From the NCBI RefSeq assembly GCF_009834535.1, contig NC_045707.1:62498001-62562000 (forward strand): a stretch of 64,000 nucleotides of DNA, written 5' to 3'. Position 1 is the first letter of the stretch, and every line of letters starts with the position of its first letter. Below are positions 38,334 to 53,230 of this stretch, piece by piece. This stretch comes from Camelus ferus. Its lineage: Eukaryota. Under the pieces are notes generated by a model, which saw only the letters and a program-made list of their open reading frames with translations, had not been told where the DNA came from and did no database searches. Made by a program: the position numbers and the translations under genes.

Positions 38334-39160
38334 GATATAATAGCTGATTTTATATATCTCACACTCACCTCATGTTTCCAATTTGTTCTCTTTATTTTTG
38401 GCCTTGAGTATCTAGTATCCTTGGAACCATTCATAATTTGCAGTACCATAATTTGCCAAAATGTGTGTCTATTGGGATTTCTTCCCTTGGTCTAATTCTA
38501 TATTCTTTTAATCTTTGGTGAATTTCTGATTGTTGTTGATTATTTGTGGACTTTGTTTCATTTCCCAGTAATGTTATGAATTTATTTTTAAAACATCTGT
38601 TCTAATAGTCTAAGAGGAAAGATATATTTAACCTCAATCATTATCTTGATCCACTCCCATTTGTTTTCTTGGGACAGTCTATGCTCTTAGAATTACATGG
38701 TATTTTAGTCTACAGTTTTTCCTTATATACCTTTGACATGTTCTCTGACTTCTTGTAACTCCTTTTCTTTCTTTCGGAGTTCTATGCTTGACCCTTTACT
38801 CATTTTATTTAACCGTTTTTCTTAAGTGGGGTTGAGATGAAGTATTGGTGTTTTTAAATAAATACTTGAGAAAGCTGTCTGGAGGCTACTTGTCATTTGC
38901 TTTAGAACATGGACTATTTTTCAAGGTTGGGTTTTGTTTTTTTTTTTTCACTTTTTTGTCTGAAAAGTGACTCAATAACAAGAACGTGCGCAGCCTGCAA
39001 ATCCATAGAACTAGCTTAGCCCAGGAATTCATACTATCAACAGTACCTGCTGTATTTTCCTATGTTTTCTGGATAATACAGATAGGACTGATGATATTGG
39101 GGAAGGAAACTATATTCACAGTTTAGGTCTTCTGCGGGTGTGGGATACAGTAAAGGAGAA

Positions 39161-39188
<28 letters not shown>
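39161..39188. repeat. (GT)14 microsatellite
   Basis: Direct reading. Confidence 0.97.
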
Positions 39189-39191
<3 letters not shown>

Positions 39192-42100
39192 TGCGTGTGT
39201 TGCAAAGTAATACTTCAAATGTTACACCTATCCTCGATGGGGATAGAGCCGTATGTTCTCCCCAAATAAGGCCATGACTAATCTCCTTACTTACAGGAAT
39301 ATTTCTGCTCACTAGTGGCAAGCTCATTGCCATAAATCCTTAGGTAGTAAGACTTACAGTTAGAAAGCTGACCTGGAAGTTGCATCACGGCAAAATCAGG
39401 CTTTGTAAGTCCTCATGCCCTCACTTGAATGTTATACTTTCACTTACCCATTCCGACTTCTTTGATGCCAGGCTAAGCAAAACAGCTTGTTTTCATGCTG
39501 AATGCCAATTTTCAATGTTTCACAATAACTTCCTGGAGTGATACATTGAAAAGGACTCTAAGGTCAAATATCCACTCTTTGGGAAGGAATGCTGTGGTCT
39601 GTTACCAATATCAACCATGGGTAATAGGAGGAACAAATGCAGAAATGATTTCTATGTGCAATATAGATTTTCACCAAATTCTCTGAAATCTGGAAATGCA
39701 TTGTGACACATTTATCCAGCACATTTCCTCTTGATTTCTTCCAATGAAAATTGTGAATCTAAATTCCATTTTAAAATACTTACCAAATAGTCTTTTAATG
39801 TTTGATTTATTTAATTCCTAAAATGTGTGGTTATCAAAACCAACTTGCTTTCAAGAATACAAAACTGATATAGTTTCTCTCTTTTTCCATCTACATTTGA
39901 AATTTATAGGCAGTGGTTAAGATATTTTCTATTTTCTAAAATGATTATTTTACTCCAATGACTCAAATTTGCAGTTTTCTAATCTCACATCTAAGTAATT
40001 TATGAAATTTATGCTAGATAATTTAAATAATAATATTTCCATTAGAATGATAAGGTAGAAGACTGAAACAGGAACTTGTCTCTCCTAATACTATATCTGA
40101 TCAGGCCAAAAGTGACTGACACATTGTTTTTTATGAAAATTGATAATATATATTTAATTTGAGTCACACACGCACTCCAACACAGCATTAAAAATACAGG
40201 ATATAAGTCACTGCAGGGTCACAAGTGTAATAGTAAACTTTTATTTCAGTAGTATTTCCAATGTAAATTGCTGCTAAAAACCAAGATTATTTTTAATATT
40301 AGTACAAAAAGGCAGTTATGTGATATTTCCCATCAAATTTTATGGGTGATTTATTCAACTCAATTTGGTTGAAGGGCTTCTAATAGCTGATAGATTTCAG
40401 GAGAAGAATATATGCATGGAAAGTAAAAAATAGATAATGATAAATGAAGACATGCTTCTATCTTATGATAACCTATAATAATTTCCAATTATATTCCAAT
40501 GGAGGGCAGAAAAATGTGGTTAACACAAGTCTGATCATTCTAAGCATATTTTATTTCGTTTTAGATACAATCAGAATGATAATGCACACTGATATATCCA
40601 TCATGATTTTACCTTCACCTAATTGATACTACACTATATCAATCAAACTAAGAAAATGTCTGGAGTTCTCATGAATCATAAAAAAAAATTATAATTTATT
40701 TTAGAAAAGAAAACTTTCTGTAGCATACTGGTTTGAAGATAAAGGTGTCCAACCATGCTTGGGCCTGGTATTCCAACACACAGAGAAGGGTGTGGTTCCC
40801 TGTACTTAGTCATCATACTTACCAGATTCCAGAAATGGTAGAGAAATCACTGTAATTTTACAAGCCTCCTCTAGTTTTTTTCTACAACTCTCTAGCCCCA
40901 AATGTTTTTTATCTGAACATCTACTACCCTCATAAATCTGCATCCATCTAAAAATTACATGCAGGTTTCCTTCAGTACCTGATTAGTCATATAATGTAGT
41001 CTTGTTTTCCTGCTCAGATCCAAAGTTTCTCAGGAACATATTAGTTAGCTAAGCAGTATAGCTGTCAGTTTTTACCTGGGTCCTCCTAGGACATTTCAGG
41101 TGAGACTAGACACCATTAGCATTGGTTCAGATTTGTTTCAATCAATTTTTCAGTTGATTGCTGTAACCAAAGCAGGATACTGTCATAAATTTACTAGAAA
41201 ATATACCTACTCCTAAGACTAAAATGCTTATTTACACCAGCCAAGCCCCTTCTTTCTTGAATTAAGTTACTTGGGAAATAAAATAAATAGAGGGCTGACA
41301 TACATGGATGCTATAGGAAAACATTTTATATTAATTTTGTTTCCTTTGGAGTGACTGTTTATTGTAAGGATAAACTAAACGTGCAGATTGGAACATTTCT
41401 TTATCCAGGTTGATATATACTTTCACCATCAATTCCTTGACAATGACAAAAATCAGTGTTTGCAGTCCGAGTTGTCCCACACTGTTATGTGACAATCTCC
41501 ACTTCAGTATCTCCTTTGTTCATCTTACCATGACGTCTTAAAACGATATAATTCTCAATTTGCATTGTTACTGAGGGGCAGAGGTCAACAAGCTTTACCT
41601 AAATTCTCTCATTTGCTTCTTTTCTGTGTTTTTATATTTCTAGAAATATGCACATTTTGATCTGTTATTTTCCAGTGAAAATTGAACAGGAAAAGTTAGT
41701 TTGCTTCAGTGAAATTTAGACTGAACAGTAAGACAGTAAGAAAGTTTTGAAAGTTTTGAGATGGAATCATACTGTAAAGAAAAGTTTTATATACTTTTTA
41801 TATTATATGGAAATCAATATTAGGTAACTTGTTCAGTGGTGGTTGTAAAAATGCAAATGATTCCTTCTAAAAATGTTAATATTGATGTTCTAAAAGTTTT
41901 AGATGGAGAGATTGCTACGTAAAAAAATTATTTGGTCACTTCACTGTCTACAACAGAAAGTAATACACTTTTACTTTCTCTCGAAAAAGAAAATAATGAT
42001 TATTACCTATGCTTTAAGATTGTAACAATAGTTAAAAATCCTTAAAAATCAATTCTGGCAATAATTTTCCATGATTTCAATATAACATCACATGTTTTTA

Positions 42101-44984
42101 CATTTAAAAAAAGAAAAATATTAATAAAAGTATAAAGACTTTATCTCTTAGGGTTTTGGTGTAGAAAAACTATTATGTTTTCCCAACTATATACCTGAGT
42201 ATTATACCTTTTATTTGTTAACTTTTGACAAAAAAATTTGAGTCCTCTCTTATGCCTAACATACTTTTTTATTTTTGTTTTTAAGAGGTATTTTATAGAC
42301 ATATTTTATCACATTTTGAAATTAAGGATCCTAAGTACGTATTTATAGCTATCTCAGTTTACCTAAATTTTTTCTTTCTCAAAATATGCTCTGGTGACTT
42401 AGGCATATTTTATGGGGCTTATAGCCCATGATCTAATGTTCTGGAGATAACGAAGAATCAAAAACAAATTTGGACTTAGTATATAAAATATTTTTTAAAT
42501 TTAAAAATGGTTTAAATGTTAAATTTCCATAGTACCAGTGTGAGTCAAAATTTAGTAATGCCCAAAGAGCATTGTTAAATTAGTTGAAGTGATTTTTGAC
42601 AGTATCTGTGTATATATGTATGCACTGTATCTATTTCTCTCTCTCCCCCTACCTCATTCTCATCTATTTTCTGCCACGTTTTCGTCACAGCAATTTTTTT
42701 TTCTCTTCATAAATGTCATAGTTCAAATTGACACAACATACATTCAGGAAAATATTATTGTTACTCATTAGTAGAATAATGATAGAATTAAGTTTTAGAA
42801 GAAAAAATAATTAGTAAAAATAATTCTTTGTGAACATATGGCAAAAATGAGACTGAGTCAAAGTTGACTTCTGTTTAAAGTCTAGCAAATCACTCAGTGT
42901 TGGTAATGACCTTGCCAAAATGCATAAACAACTTAGAAATGCATTATTTGATGATAAAAGGATGATGAGTACTCTTGTCATTTCTGTATATTTCTATATA
43001 AAGTGTATCAAGATTAATTTTTTTTATTCTTTAGAAACAAGTTGGAGGTATATATACATATTTTGATTCAAGTAGAAAGTAATGATACCAACACAGTAAA
43101 CTAAAGTATGGGGGGCAAAGACATTACTGTATGTTACTGCACAGAAAAATTGCAGTGTTTTCTACAGTCTAGTATAGTGTATGAGAATAACGTAATTGTA
43201 AACTCCTTTACATTTGAAAGCTTTTCAGTTCTATTACTCATCTTATTTGAGCTTATCAATAATCTTTTAAAATTTTCATTTTGGAATGTTTTCAATATAC
43301 ACAGGAGTAGGAAATATATTTTAATAAACCTTTAAGTAACTGATATCAACATGCTAGAATTATCAATATTTTTAACTTTGTAGTTTTTAGCCTTTTATTT
43401 CCTTCTTTTATCTTCCCTTTTAATTAAAATGTACAATTTTAACATATACATAAAATACTAATTAATTTAAATTGTACCTGTGTGAAAAAGCTAAGTTACA
43501 TGGAACTCATTACAGAGCACTTATTTCAGAGTTCTCTGAACGTTGAGATATATTCTGAATGCACAATTTGTGGTCAAATAAAATAAACTTAACATGTCTT
43601 CAAGAATTTAAATCATTTATTATATCTATGTTTAAGTTGGCCATTTGGTTAAATGCCTACACCATGATCATGCAACAATGGTGAGTAATATCCTTAAATT
43701 AATTCAGTTTAGAGACAGGATATCAGTCACAATACTGCAGTTAAATTTGTTTAGAAAAATAACTTGAAATAAATGGACCATTTTCTAGAAGGGATGTGTT
43801 TATTTATTTAGGCTAAGTTGTGACTGTTTATAAATAAAAACTGATTGAAAGAAAAGTCATTAATGAATGCATTTTGCCATATTAGAAACAAAAAATTCAG
43901 GGGAAAGAATGCCCATTTTCCATGCCCTTTCCTGCATCATACAGATAAATCTCTTTTACCCTGGAGTTAGAAGTCTCTTCTTTGAAGTATTTCTGCATTC
44001 CAACAAGCCTTTTTCTCTATTTTCAAAGTACACACAATTTTCTATTCTGCAGTGTCCTTTAGCCATTTTGAAATAAACATAATAACTTGAATTCATACTG
44101 TGCCTATCAGGCACAAACCCCATGGCATGACATAGATATTAATTAATAGAATCGCATGAGCCATATGGTGATATACGCTGCCTAATTCAAGAACACCACT
44201 TCTGTCTTTAAACACTAGCAACTCCTAGGAAGTCTAGGCCCTTAGCTGTATTGTTTAGATTTGATTGGGATTCAACTGGCTGGCAGGCTAACCTAACAAC
44301 ATAGAACAAATCAGAATCGGTGAGCTTTTTTCCTAAATTTAGGTTAATGATATCAAGAGCTTTGACTTTTATATAGGGTACTCATTGTCTTAATGGATTT
44401 TTTCTTTTTTGATGCTATTTCCAGGTTTGAATTAATAATTTTATATTTTATATAGCTTCTTGAAATGAGGAAATGTCATTTCAAAGTTAACAAAAATCTT
44501 CCTTATTATTCTATACCACAAAAACTAAAATGAAATTATAAACTAACCTAAATATAAATGATTGTGTTTGATAATTTTATAATGTCACAGGTAAACAGTA
44601 AGTCCTCTTTTCCCTTAACTATTCATGCATATGTTAGCATGCAATATTTAGCAAACCTTTGTTCTCCATGTTCCAATAGATTTGAATAAGAAAGGATTTG
44701 CTTTAAATTAGACTTGGAGGATAGGAAAATCCAAATTCATCCTCGTGTGTGAAATAATTTTCTTTGTTTGCATGGTCATTGATTATTTCCCCTTCCAATG
44801 TGCTTAAAAAAAAAAAAAAGGAATTTTTTTTTTTAAGTATAAATATTTGAAAGTCTGAAGAGACATTCCATCTCCAAAGCCAGAGCTGGTTACACCGTGG
44901 GAACTGCGTATCATTTTATCTTTTATATTTTGCCCTTCAGTAAACCAAATTTTCTATGATAGATATTAATTGCTAAAGTTTAGT

Positions 44985-45135
44985 GAACAGTGTGTCCGGC
45001 TTTTCACTAAAATCCTAATACATCATCTCATTTAATTTTTACAGCAATGCTAGGAGATAGGATCAGTTTATAAATTAGGAATCTAGAAAACAAGGAGGTA
45101 AAACACTATGCCTATGATCACACAACAGGCAGATA
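44985..45135 (-). mobile_element. MIR SINE fragment
   Basis: catcatctcatttaatttttacagcaatgctaggagatagg. Confidence 0.6.
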
Positions 45136-45734
45136 AATGGTAGGTATACAGACTGATAGACAATAGGATAATAGACTGCTGTGTCTTTGTTGTTCTTGTT
45201 TGTGTTTGTTTTCTGTTTGTTTGTTTGTTTATTTTTACTGCCCTAGCACTGCAGGACATCCAGCATCTCTAGTCCTGCCTCCTATATGTCATATGGGCTT
45301 CCCCGTCAATATAAAAAGCAGACCTTCGGGGCTTCGTTAGATTCCAAAAAACTTCCCCCAGGAGCAGGACCAACCTCCCTAGGACCTGTTGCCTATGGGA
45401 AAAAATTAAACTCTTCTGAGGCTTTTATTTCTGTCTTGTCTCCTCAACTTGCCCTTTTTAGGGTTTGAGTGGCATGTAGGGAGGTGAAACAAAAGTAATA
45501 ATTAACCCTGAACTAAGTCAAGATTTCCTTCCTTAACTGCCTAAGGCAGAGACATCTGCTGCTCCTTGGCGTCCCACACCCTGTTGTTCACACTGCTCTC
45601 GTGCCACGTCCCAAGCTGACAATAATTCACCTGTTTGCAGTTGTGCTTCCTCCATTAAAACGGAAGCACATTCATTCCACTTTCATTTTTTTTCCCCCCT
45701 AACAGCTGAAAACATTTTGGAATGATCTCAACCT

Positions 45735-46345
45735 CTTTCTAAAAACATCTTTATTATGGTATAATTGACATAAAAATATCATATGATAAACTGTATACTT
45801 TGGTAAGTTTGGCAAGTGTACACATCCAGGAAAACTGCCATTATAATCAAGATAGTGTACAAATCCACGAGAGCAAAATCTTGCTCTTTCTTGCACCTCT
45901 CCTCTACACCCCACTCATTCCAAGGCAACAATAACCAGTCCACTTCTTGTCACTGTACGTTGGTTTACATGATCTAGAATTATATACAAATGAAACTGTA
46001 CTATGTGTAATCTTTTGGTCTGGATTATTTCATTCAACATAATCATTTTGAGATTCATCCCTGTTGTTTTATAGATCACTAGCTCATTCTTTTTATTTTT
46101 ATAATTAAATTATATATAATATATATAATAATTTTTAACTATTGAAGTGTAGTTGATCTACAATATTATATTCATTTCAGATATACAGCACAGTAATTCA
46201 GTACTTTTATATTACACTCCAAACAGGGTTATTGAGCTCATTATTTTTAAATAATGACTTGCATTGTATTATATGGGTATAATATATTTTGCTTATTCGC
46301 TCTCTGTTTCATGAATATTTGGATTGTTTCCCTTTTGGGGTAGCA
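45735..46345 (-). mobile_element. L1MB/L1ME-type 3' end, with a younger L1 3' tail nested at about 46130-46232
   Basis: tttattatggtataattgacata... and ttcattcaacataatcattttgagattcatcc. Nested piece reads attgaagtgtagttgatctacaatattatatt...tacagcacagtaattcagta. Confidence 0.8.
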
Positions 46346-48559
46346 ACCTTATAACCTGCAACTTTGCTAACCTGGCAAGTCAGCTTTAAATCATGCTGTT
46401 ATTCTTGAAGATAATCTGTTATTTTGCTTTGCTGCTTTTAATATTTTTAAAATTTTGTGTTTCTTTCATATTGTGCTAAATATATATTATAAAATATTGT
46501 TGAGATTAAGTGTGCATGAAAGTTTAATGTCGTGAAAAGAGCTAAGGCTTCTCCTCTGTAAACATGGAAATAGACAGGTTTATAAAAACACCACAATATT
46601 CTCCCTCTTTTAGCTTCTCAACCAGTAACAGCAATGTTCCTCTTTTTTAATGCCATAATAAAGATATGATTAATCCTCAAATATTGTAATAATCTGAATA
46701 TAAAACAATCATTAGGTCAGAATTATTGGACTAGAAGATCCTTAGGGCAAGGTCTCTGTCATACATTGAATTCAACACTGCTACACACCTATTAAACAGA
46801 CAATAGAGTGTTAAATAAATCCATTTATAAATAACAAAATATCATTTTGTATGTGAGCTGAAAAAGTGAGTTTGCCTTATGTATAAGGAATATGTGAGTG
46901 TATTATTAGCAACATGGTAAGAACTGTTCGTATTTTTCCTTTAGTATAAACAGTAAATCCTCACTTGCCATTTGTTGGCTTTGAAATGTACTTGATGATG
47001 TGGGCATTTGGAAGGCTCTTGTTTAGTTTTTGTTTGTTTAAATAAAAATGACTCTTTTATTAAGATTCTTAGATTTTATAGAACAGTATAGGAAGATAGA
47101 GAATGTGTTATATAAAACAATGAGAATGGGAACCCTTTCCAGTCTTCACATTACTTTTTTTATGATTTCTTATCAACAAAAGTATTCCATTTTAATCAAG
47201 GAGTGAATATAGGTAGTAATGTTAGGTAAACTCAAAGCAATATATTTCAAGTCTGGGGACCTCTGGTGCCCTCCTCTCTTTTGTGTTACACTCCATACAG
47301 GGAGGTCTGTGAGGTCAGACTGTGACTACATGGGAGTGATTGTTTAATATTTTTTAAATTATCTTTGATTTTATCTGTTTCATCCATTTTATAACATCTT
47401 TTGGCATTTTAAAAATTAATAATTAGTAGTTGAATTGTGGAGACAAGATGAAGAGCATTTTGTCTGATTCATTTATGTATTCAACATATTTTTAATGAAA
47501 ATGAACTGATACTCTACATGATGTGAAAATAGGGTAGGGATGAGGACACATGGACTCACTGTATAAGTCCTATAATACTTTCTTTTTTCTGGTTTTAATG
47601 GGGTCAGAGGTCTCTCTACCAGCTAGATTATGGTAAGGGACAACCTCCCAGACAGTTTGTTCCCAGTATCTTAAGCATTATGCAGATATTGGTGAGTTGG
47701 ATTCTGGCTGGAACATCAAAGGGATATTGGATTAAAAATCACAAAGCTGTAATGTTATACTTCTTTTCTTTTTCTATAACAGTTTAATTTTAGATAATAT
47801 TTAAAGATTTATTAAAATTAGATAATTACACACTTCTAAGTGAAATTAGATTGTAGAAAGATAGCTTTATTTGAACTTTAATGACAGAAACAAATGCATT
47901 TTCCATTGAAAACTGACATTAGTTACATTAAATGTCATATAACTTAGAAGTTCAATTTGATATTGGCATGAAATATAGAAAACTGTATCTATCATTTATA
48001 GCTTTTATTCAGGATAGACATTTGTTTAGAATTATGTGTTGTTGTTTTTTTTAACCTCTGCTAAAACTGTATTAACTTCTGAAATTGTTTTTTTCCTTAA
48101 CTGTTTATAAGAATGCTCCTTGTCTTTTTGTTTCTTTCTTTGGAAGTAAAATATTTATTTATTCTCAATAATCATAGTTTAATGTTTTACTCTAAATGAA
48201 ATTTAATATACTGACAACCTTATTGATTTCCTATGAGGGCTTTTATACTCTTTTTATTACATATTTTAATAAAATGTCTTATGAATTTCTAGTTATTATC
48301 TATCAGATGCTAATTATTATCAAAATGTTTTCTATGGGGAAGTATAAAATCTGATTAATTTATTCCATAATAGACAGAAATTTTCTACTCTTCTACCTTG
48401 TTAGTAAATCTCTCCTTCATATAAATGTAGTAATTTTTATGAAAGTAAGCAGTCAACAAAAACCTCAGAAACTAATTTTATTTAATGATCTTAGAAAAAA
48501 TATGTTTTCAAATTTCTAGTTACTGTTGCACTCAGAGTTAAAACAGTCCTTATGATTGA

Positions 48560-48675
48560 TACTCAGTTCAACTGACGAATCTTTTTTGAGTCTCAACCAT
48601 GTATCAACTGTTTTATGTGTTAGGGAGACAAGGGTAACAATGAATAAATAGTAGACTTTATGCTCATACTAATAC
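48560..48675 (-). mobile_element. L2 3' end fragment
   Basis: ttcaactgacgaatc...gagtctcaaccatgtatcaactgttttatgtgttaggga. Confidence 0.5.
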
Positions 48676-48798
48676 ATTTTTCTTAAATATTTAATAAACC
48701 AAACTTAAATTTTTTACACTAATGTTTTTAATGATGACATTTTCTTGAAAGCAAGATTCAAAATTATTTCACAGCAGTAGCCTGCTTCTTGTTCATCT

Positions 48799-49246
48799 TG
48801 TTACCGAGTTCAAACTCGTTCTGCTCGCCACACGACAGGGCGACAAACCAGTAGACGAGGTGCTGGGGCAAGGAATAGCAACTTTATTTGGAAAGGCAGT
48901 AGACCGAGAGGATGGCAGACTAGTATCTTGGAGAACCATCCTGCTCCAGTCAGAAGACAGACTCCTTTTATACAAAAACAAAACAAAACAAAACAAGGTA
49001 GGGGGTGTGGTTGGTGGTTGCAAACTTCTTGGTGTAGGAATTCTTTGTTCCTGCAGCTGTCCACGTGGACCAGGTCATGGTGATCCTGCAAAACCTCCAG
49101 CAAAACAAGTGTAATTCTCTATTCTGCAACTTGTTATCTTTACATGAGTGCAGAGCTAGCAAGACTAAGCCTAGGAAACAGGGCACAGTGGTCAAAGCCA
49201 AAGGAACAGATCCAGTATAGAGTCAGATTTGTTCTCCTCTATTACA
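48799..49246 (-). mobile_element. ERV1 solo LTR, MER41-like
   Basis: Minus strand TGTAATAG...GTCGTGTGGCGAGCAGAACGAGTTTGAACTCGGTAACA. TATAAAA at 48966-48972, AATAAA at 48883-48888. 4-bp flanks atct/atgt (TSD with one mismatch). Confidence 0.88.
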
Positions 49247-50238
49247 ATGTCGACCGTCCTCCGGGTTGTATTTCTGCAAAGTCAGTCACTTCTTTTCACG
49301 TTGGAGTTTTCTGGGGGAGAACTTGATAGACTCAGGTGAAAGCTGCATTAGCTAGCAAGGTGTAAAATTGGGTCTGTCAGAGGCCAAGTCAAAACAAAAC
49401 ATCGTAAATAATAGCTGCAATGAATACATCTTTAATTATTTATTAAGATGAGAAAGTCCAGCATTTACTTCTTAAAATCCTGGCTGAAGTGATTGCAATT
49501 GTTGCTTCTCCAGTGAGCTTTACTTCAACCCTCTGGAATGTGTCTGTCAATATGAAAGTCATGAAACTACATTGATTAGACCGTGAGATATCCTCATTAC
49601 CAGGGTGTTATTGAACATGAATTAATTACAATAATCATTTCCTCTCAGGTTTTAAACACAAATACTTGATTCCTAGGATTAGTCATTTAGCAATCAATAA
49701 TTCAGCTAGCCAGTTTACTCTGATACAGCTGTTTCAAGATAGGCTTTAAAGAGTTGGAAATTCCCTTGCCAGAATTTTATTAGCTCCAAATTATGTTTTT
49801 AGGCTTATATGTGCTAATTTAAATGTCTTAGATAATGATCTGGAATTTCAGTGGTTTGAAATGCTGTTAAACTGGTAATACACTGCATTACATTAATTTA
49901 CCCACTTCTGATATATAGTTTTTTCTTTTAATCTAATTTTTATTTCCTTCTATGGGAGTTCAAATTTCTGAAAATAGAAAACTATTAAGTTAATAGACAA
50001 GTCAATCTCCGTATCGAACAGAGGGATTCATATTCCCCAAAACAGACAGAGATGAGGTAACACCTGTGGGCTCCTATCACGAGGAGCTCTTGAATAGAGA
50101 AAGAGTCTCCTAGAATTACTAAGGAGTAACAGCTGAGGAAAGACATTAACGTATTTAATAAAAAGCAGGTAACCCTTTGTGGACGGAATTGTGTGAGTCG
50201 ACCCTGTTACAGCTTGAAGCATGATCATCAAAAGACAC

Positions 50239-50645
50239 TGTTGTTTTAACCCCTAACACCTCAGGATGTGAACTTATTTGGAAATAGGGTCCTTAAAGAT
50301 GTAATTAGTTAAGATGAAGTCACGCTGGAGTAGGGTGGGCCTTTAATCCAGTCTAACTGGTATATGAAGAGGGAAGATGGTGTGAAGACAGACACACTGG
50401 AAGAATGCTGTGTGAGTGTGGAGGCAGAAATCGGAGTGATGCATCTATGGACCAAAAATACACTGGAGCAGCCAGAAGCTGCAGGAGAGCAGGAAGCATC
50501 TCTGTTGGCCTTAGAGGGAGCATAGCCCTGCCAATACCTTACTTTTGGACCTCTGGCCTCTAGAGCTATGTGATAATACATTTATATGGTTTTAAATCAC
50601 CCAGTTAGGGGTACTTTGTTACAGCAGCCCTAGGAAACTAATACA
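50239..50645 (+). mobile_element. MaLR MLT1C-like solo LTR
   Basis: ttatttggaaatagggtc...gatgtaattagttaagatgaagtca ... gtactttgttacagcagccctaggaaactaataCA. Confidence 0.92.
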
Positions 50646-51339
50646 GACCCTGAGTAGATTCTATTTCAGAGAGACCCCCATGCCCCAGAATGGTATCGGA
50701 TTCATTAGAACTTTTTATTTTATCCACGGAATGGTTTGCCTCAGTCATTGTCCACTTCTCCAGCACAAGTCTTCCTTTATTGAGTCAACCTGGTGCAACA
50801 CGATTCACTGCTCTGACTTCTGAATTTCTAGCTATAGAATAGTTTTACTATCAATCATGCCACATCCTGATCCTTGTTCCTTCTTCCTCTTATGCTGCAT
50901 GGCATCCTGGTCATGCAACCTCATCACGCTAACCTCGGCTACAGACTTCACATTCATGTTCCTCCTTCAACAGAACAGAGGGCTTTTCTTCAATGGTTTA
51001 AAAACGGGTTCTTATGCACAATTTATCAGAAAATGAACTCAATCAGAATTGATAATTAGTAGATCTTCTATTCATTCCTGACATCTCAAGTTGTGCATGG
51101 CCTTAGAATATGAGAAACTCAACTTAAATTCAAAATGAGCATTTATTTGTCCTACTGTAGTCACCTAGAAAATAGAATGAAACCACTTAGGTTTAGTAGT
51201 GTCCACTTCAAGATATCATAAATACCCTCTTTTGGATCCTCTCGGATTAGTACCCTCATGATGTAAGTGAATGGCATTCTGATCTCTCACAGTGACCATT
51301 AAAATCAATTGAATATATTGACAACCCACAACATGTCAG

Positions 51340-52020
51340 TTATAAGCAAAACATAACTTTCTCCTTCAAGAAGAAGTCAGATGCAAATAAAAACATAATT
51401 AAATACAAAGCAGAATGCAATGAGAACTCAGGAACAAGTAAAACATAAAGTAGCATGCTCCCCGGGAATGGAGAGAGAAGGTACACTGAAGATTGATCCC
51501 GGCCTTGAAGGAAAGATCAGATTTTGACAGGTAGAGACAGGTACATAGAATTTTATACACAGGGCAAAGCATGAGAGAAGTCGCAGAAATGTGGAGTAGG
51601 AATAGCAGTGTAAGTTGCTAAATTTATTTCATCATTTCTAAAACAATTCTGTGTTAAGCAAGTGATGATCTAGTTTAATCTTCCTAACAATCCTATAAAT
51701 AGATCTGTTCTTTTCTCTGTATACATGAGGCAACTGAAGCCAAATAACTTGCGGGGGTTTATGGGAACACTTTTAGGGTACAGAAAGAGGACTGTGAAAT
51801 AGAGAAACAAAAAATGAAAGATAAAATGCTATAAAAAGTTAGGATGTAAGTCTTGCTGTGAAGACAAAAATTTAACTTAATAAGTAAATGAACATTATTG
51901 AATGCTTTTGGATATGGCTACAACAAGATTCAAGTTCTGCTTAGAAAATATTAATCTGATATCTGCAGTTTGGTTTAAAGAAAGTGAACATTTAAGATTA
52001 GAAGATCAGTTAGAACACTC
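51340..52020 (-). mobile_element. Decayed L2 fragments with a MIR remnant (about 51630-51760)
   Basis: ggccttgaaggaaagatcagattttgacagg; tttaatcttcctaacaatcctata...atgaggcaactgaagc. Confidence 0.5.
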
Positions 52021-52620
52021 TGTCTTCCTTTCCTTTTTCCACTGTCACTGCCTTAGGACAGACCTTTATCTTTATCTTCATGGACTACAGAAACAGACTC
52101 AGAACTGCAACTTCTTTCTTTCATGTGTGCTCCTCATTATCACCCATGAACTTTGTCAAACACACATACCATTATACAATTCCTGTGTTTTAATTTTTTA
52201 AATGGCTTGTCATTACATTCAGAAGAAAAACAAAAGAGGTAACCCTTAGTATGACGTTGAGGTTCTTTATAATTTAAATAGCTTCCCAGCCCTTTTCCCT
52301 ACCTGTCTCCAATCTTTACCCTCCACACCATTTATGTAAGCACACCAAATAGCTTTCCAAATTTAGACCTTTCTGAGTCATAACACTTTACATGTTCTAT
52401 TAGTCTAGAATGTTCCTCCCGAAACTCTTTGTCTGATAAAAGTTATCTGTCCCTAGATACTACCTCCAATTTGCTGCAGCCCCAGTTGTAGGAAACATTC
52501 CTTCTCTAAGCTTTCATTTAGCATGTCTACCTTGCACTGCTATGACATTTGTCACATTGTATTTGAGTTATATGTTTATATGCCTATCTTCTACAGTAGG
52601 TAAGAACCCAGAAACAAGGT
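52020..52620 (+). mobile_element. L2 fragment
   Basis: ccactgtcactgccttaggacagacc...catggactacag; aatggcttgtcattacattcagaa; tctagaatgttcctcc. Confidence 0.6.
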
Positions 52621-53230
52621 GCACAATCTATGCTGATAATTACATTTTGGAAACCTTCCCTGTCAATAAAAAGGCTCTGCTCAACTTGCGTTATATGTTA
52701 ACCAGGAACGAAGGAAGCCCATGGCCCTGTGCATTTGCCATGAGAGAATGAGACTTCAGGTCACATAAACTGATCACCATATACTCACTGATACTCCATT
52801 TAGGCAAAATCCACATCTCTTCAAAGCAATTAGTCACCAGTTTAAAGAAAATAATTAAGAATATGAGGTTTTTTTTTATTATAGAATTAACCATGAGGAC
52901 TTTCATTGTATAAAGTCATTCTGATTTCTTTAACATTAGTTAGGGATACTCTGGGGCCATGGAAAGGTGATTCTTTTGGGGTAAGTTCCCATGGAAGTGA
53001 GTTTTCCAGGTCAGGGCCAGGTTGGGCTGATTTTGAGAATTTGAGAAAATATTTACTTAGGGGAGCAAATGGAAATAATAGTTGAGAAAAAGAGTGATGG
53101 TTGCTATGATTTTGAACTATGTTAGATATTGAGTCCAAGAGAAGTATATCCAGAACACAGCAGACATCCGAGTTCAAGAAGGGATGAAGCAAAACAATTT
53201 GCCAAGAAGAAAGCACAGCATCGGTAGGCT

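Noticed and set aside
48793..49326. Five overlapping 60-97 aa ORFs
   Set aside because: Expected in a GC-richer LTR; no retroviral protein motifs.
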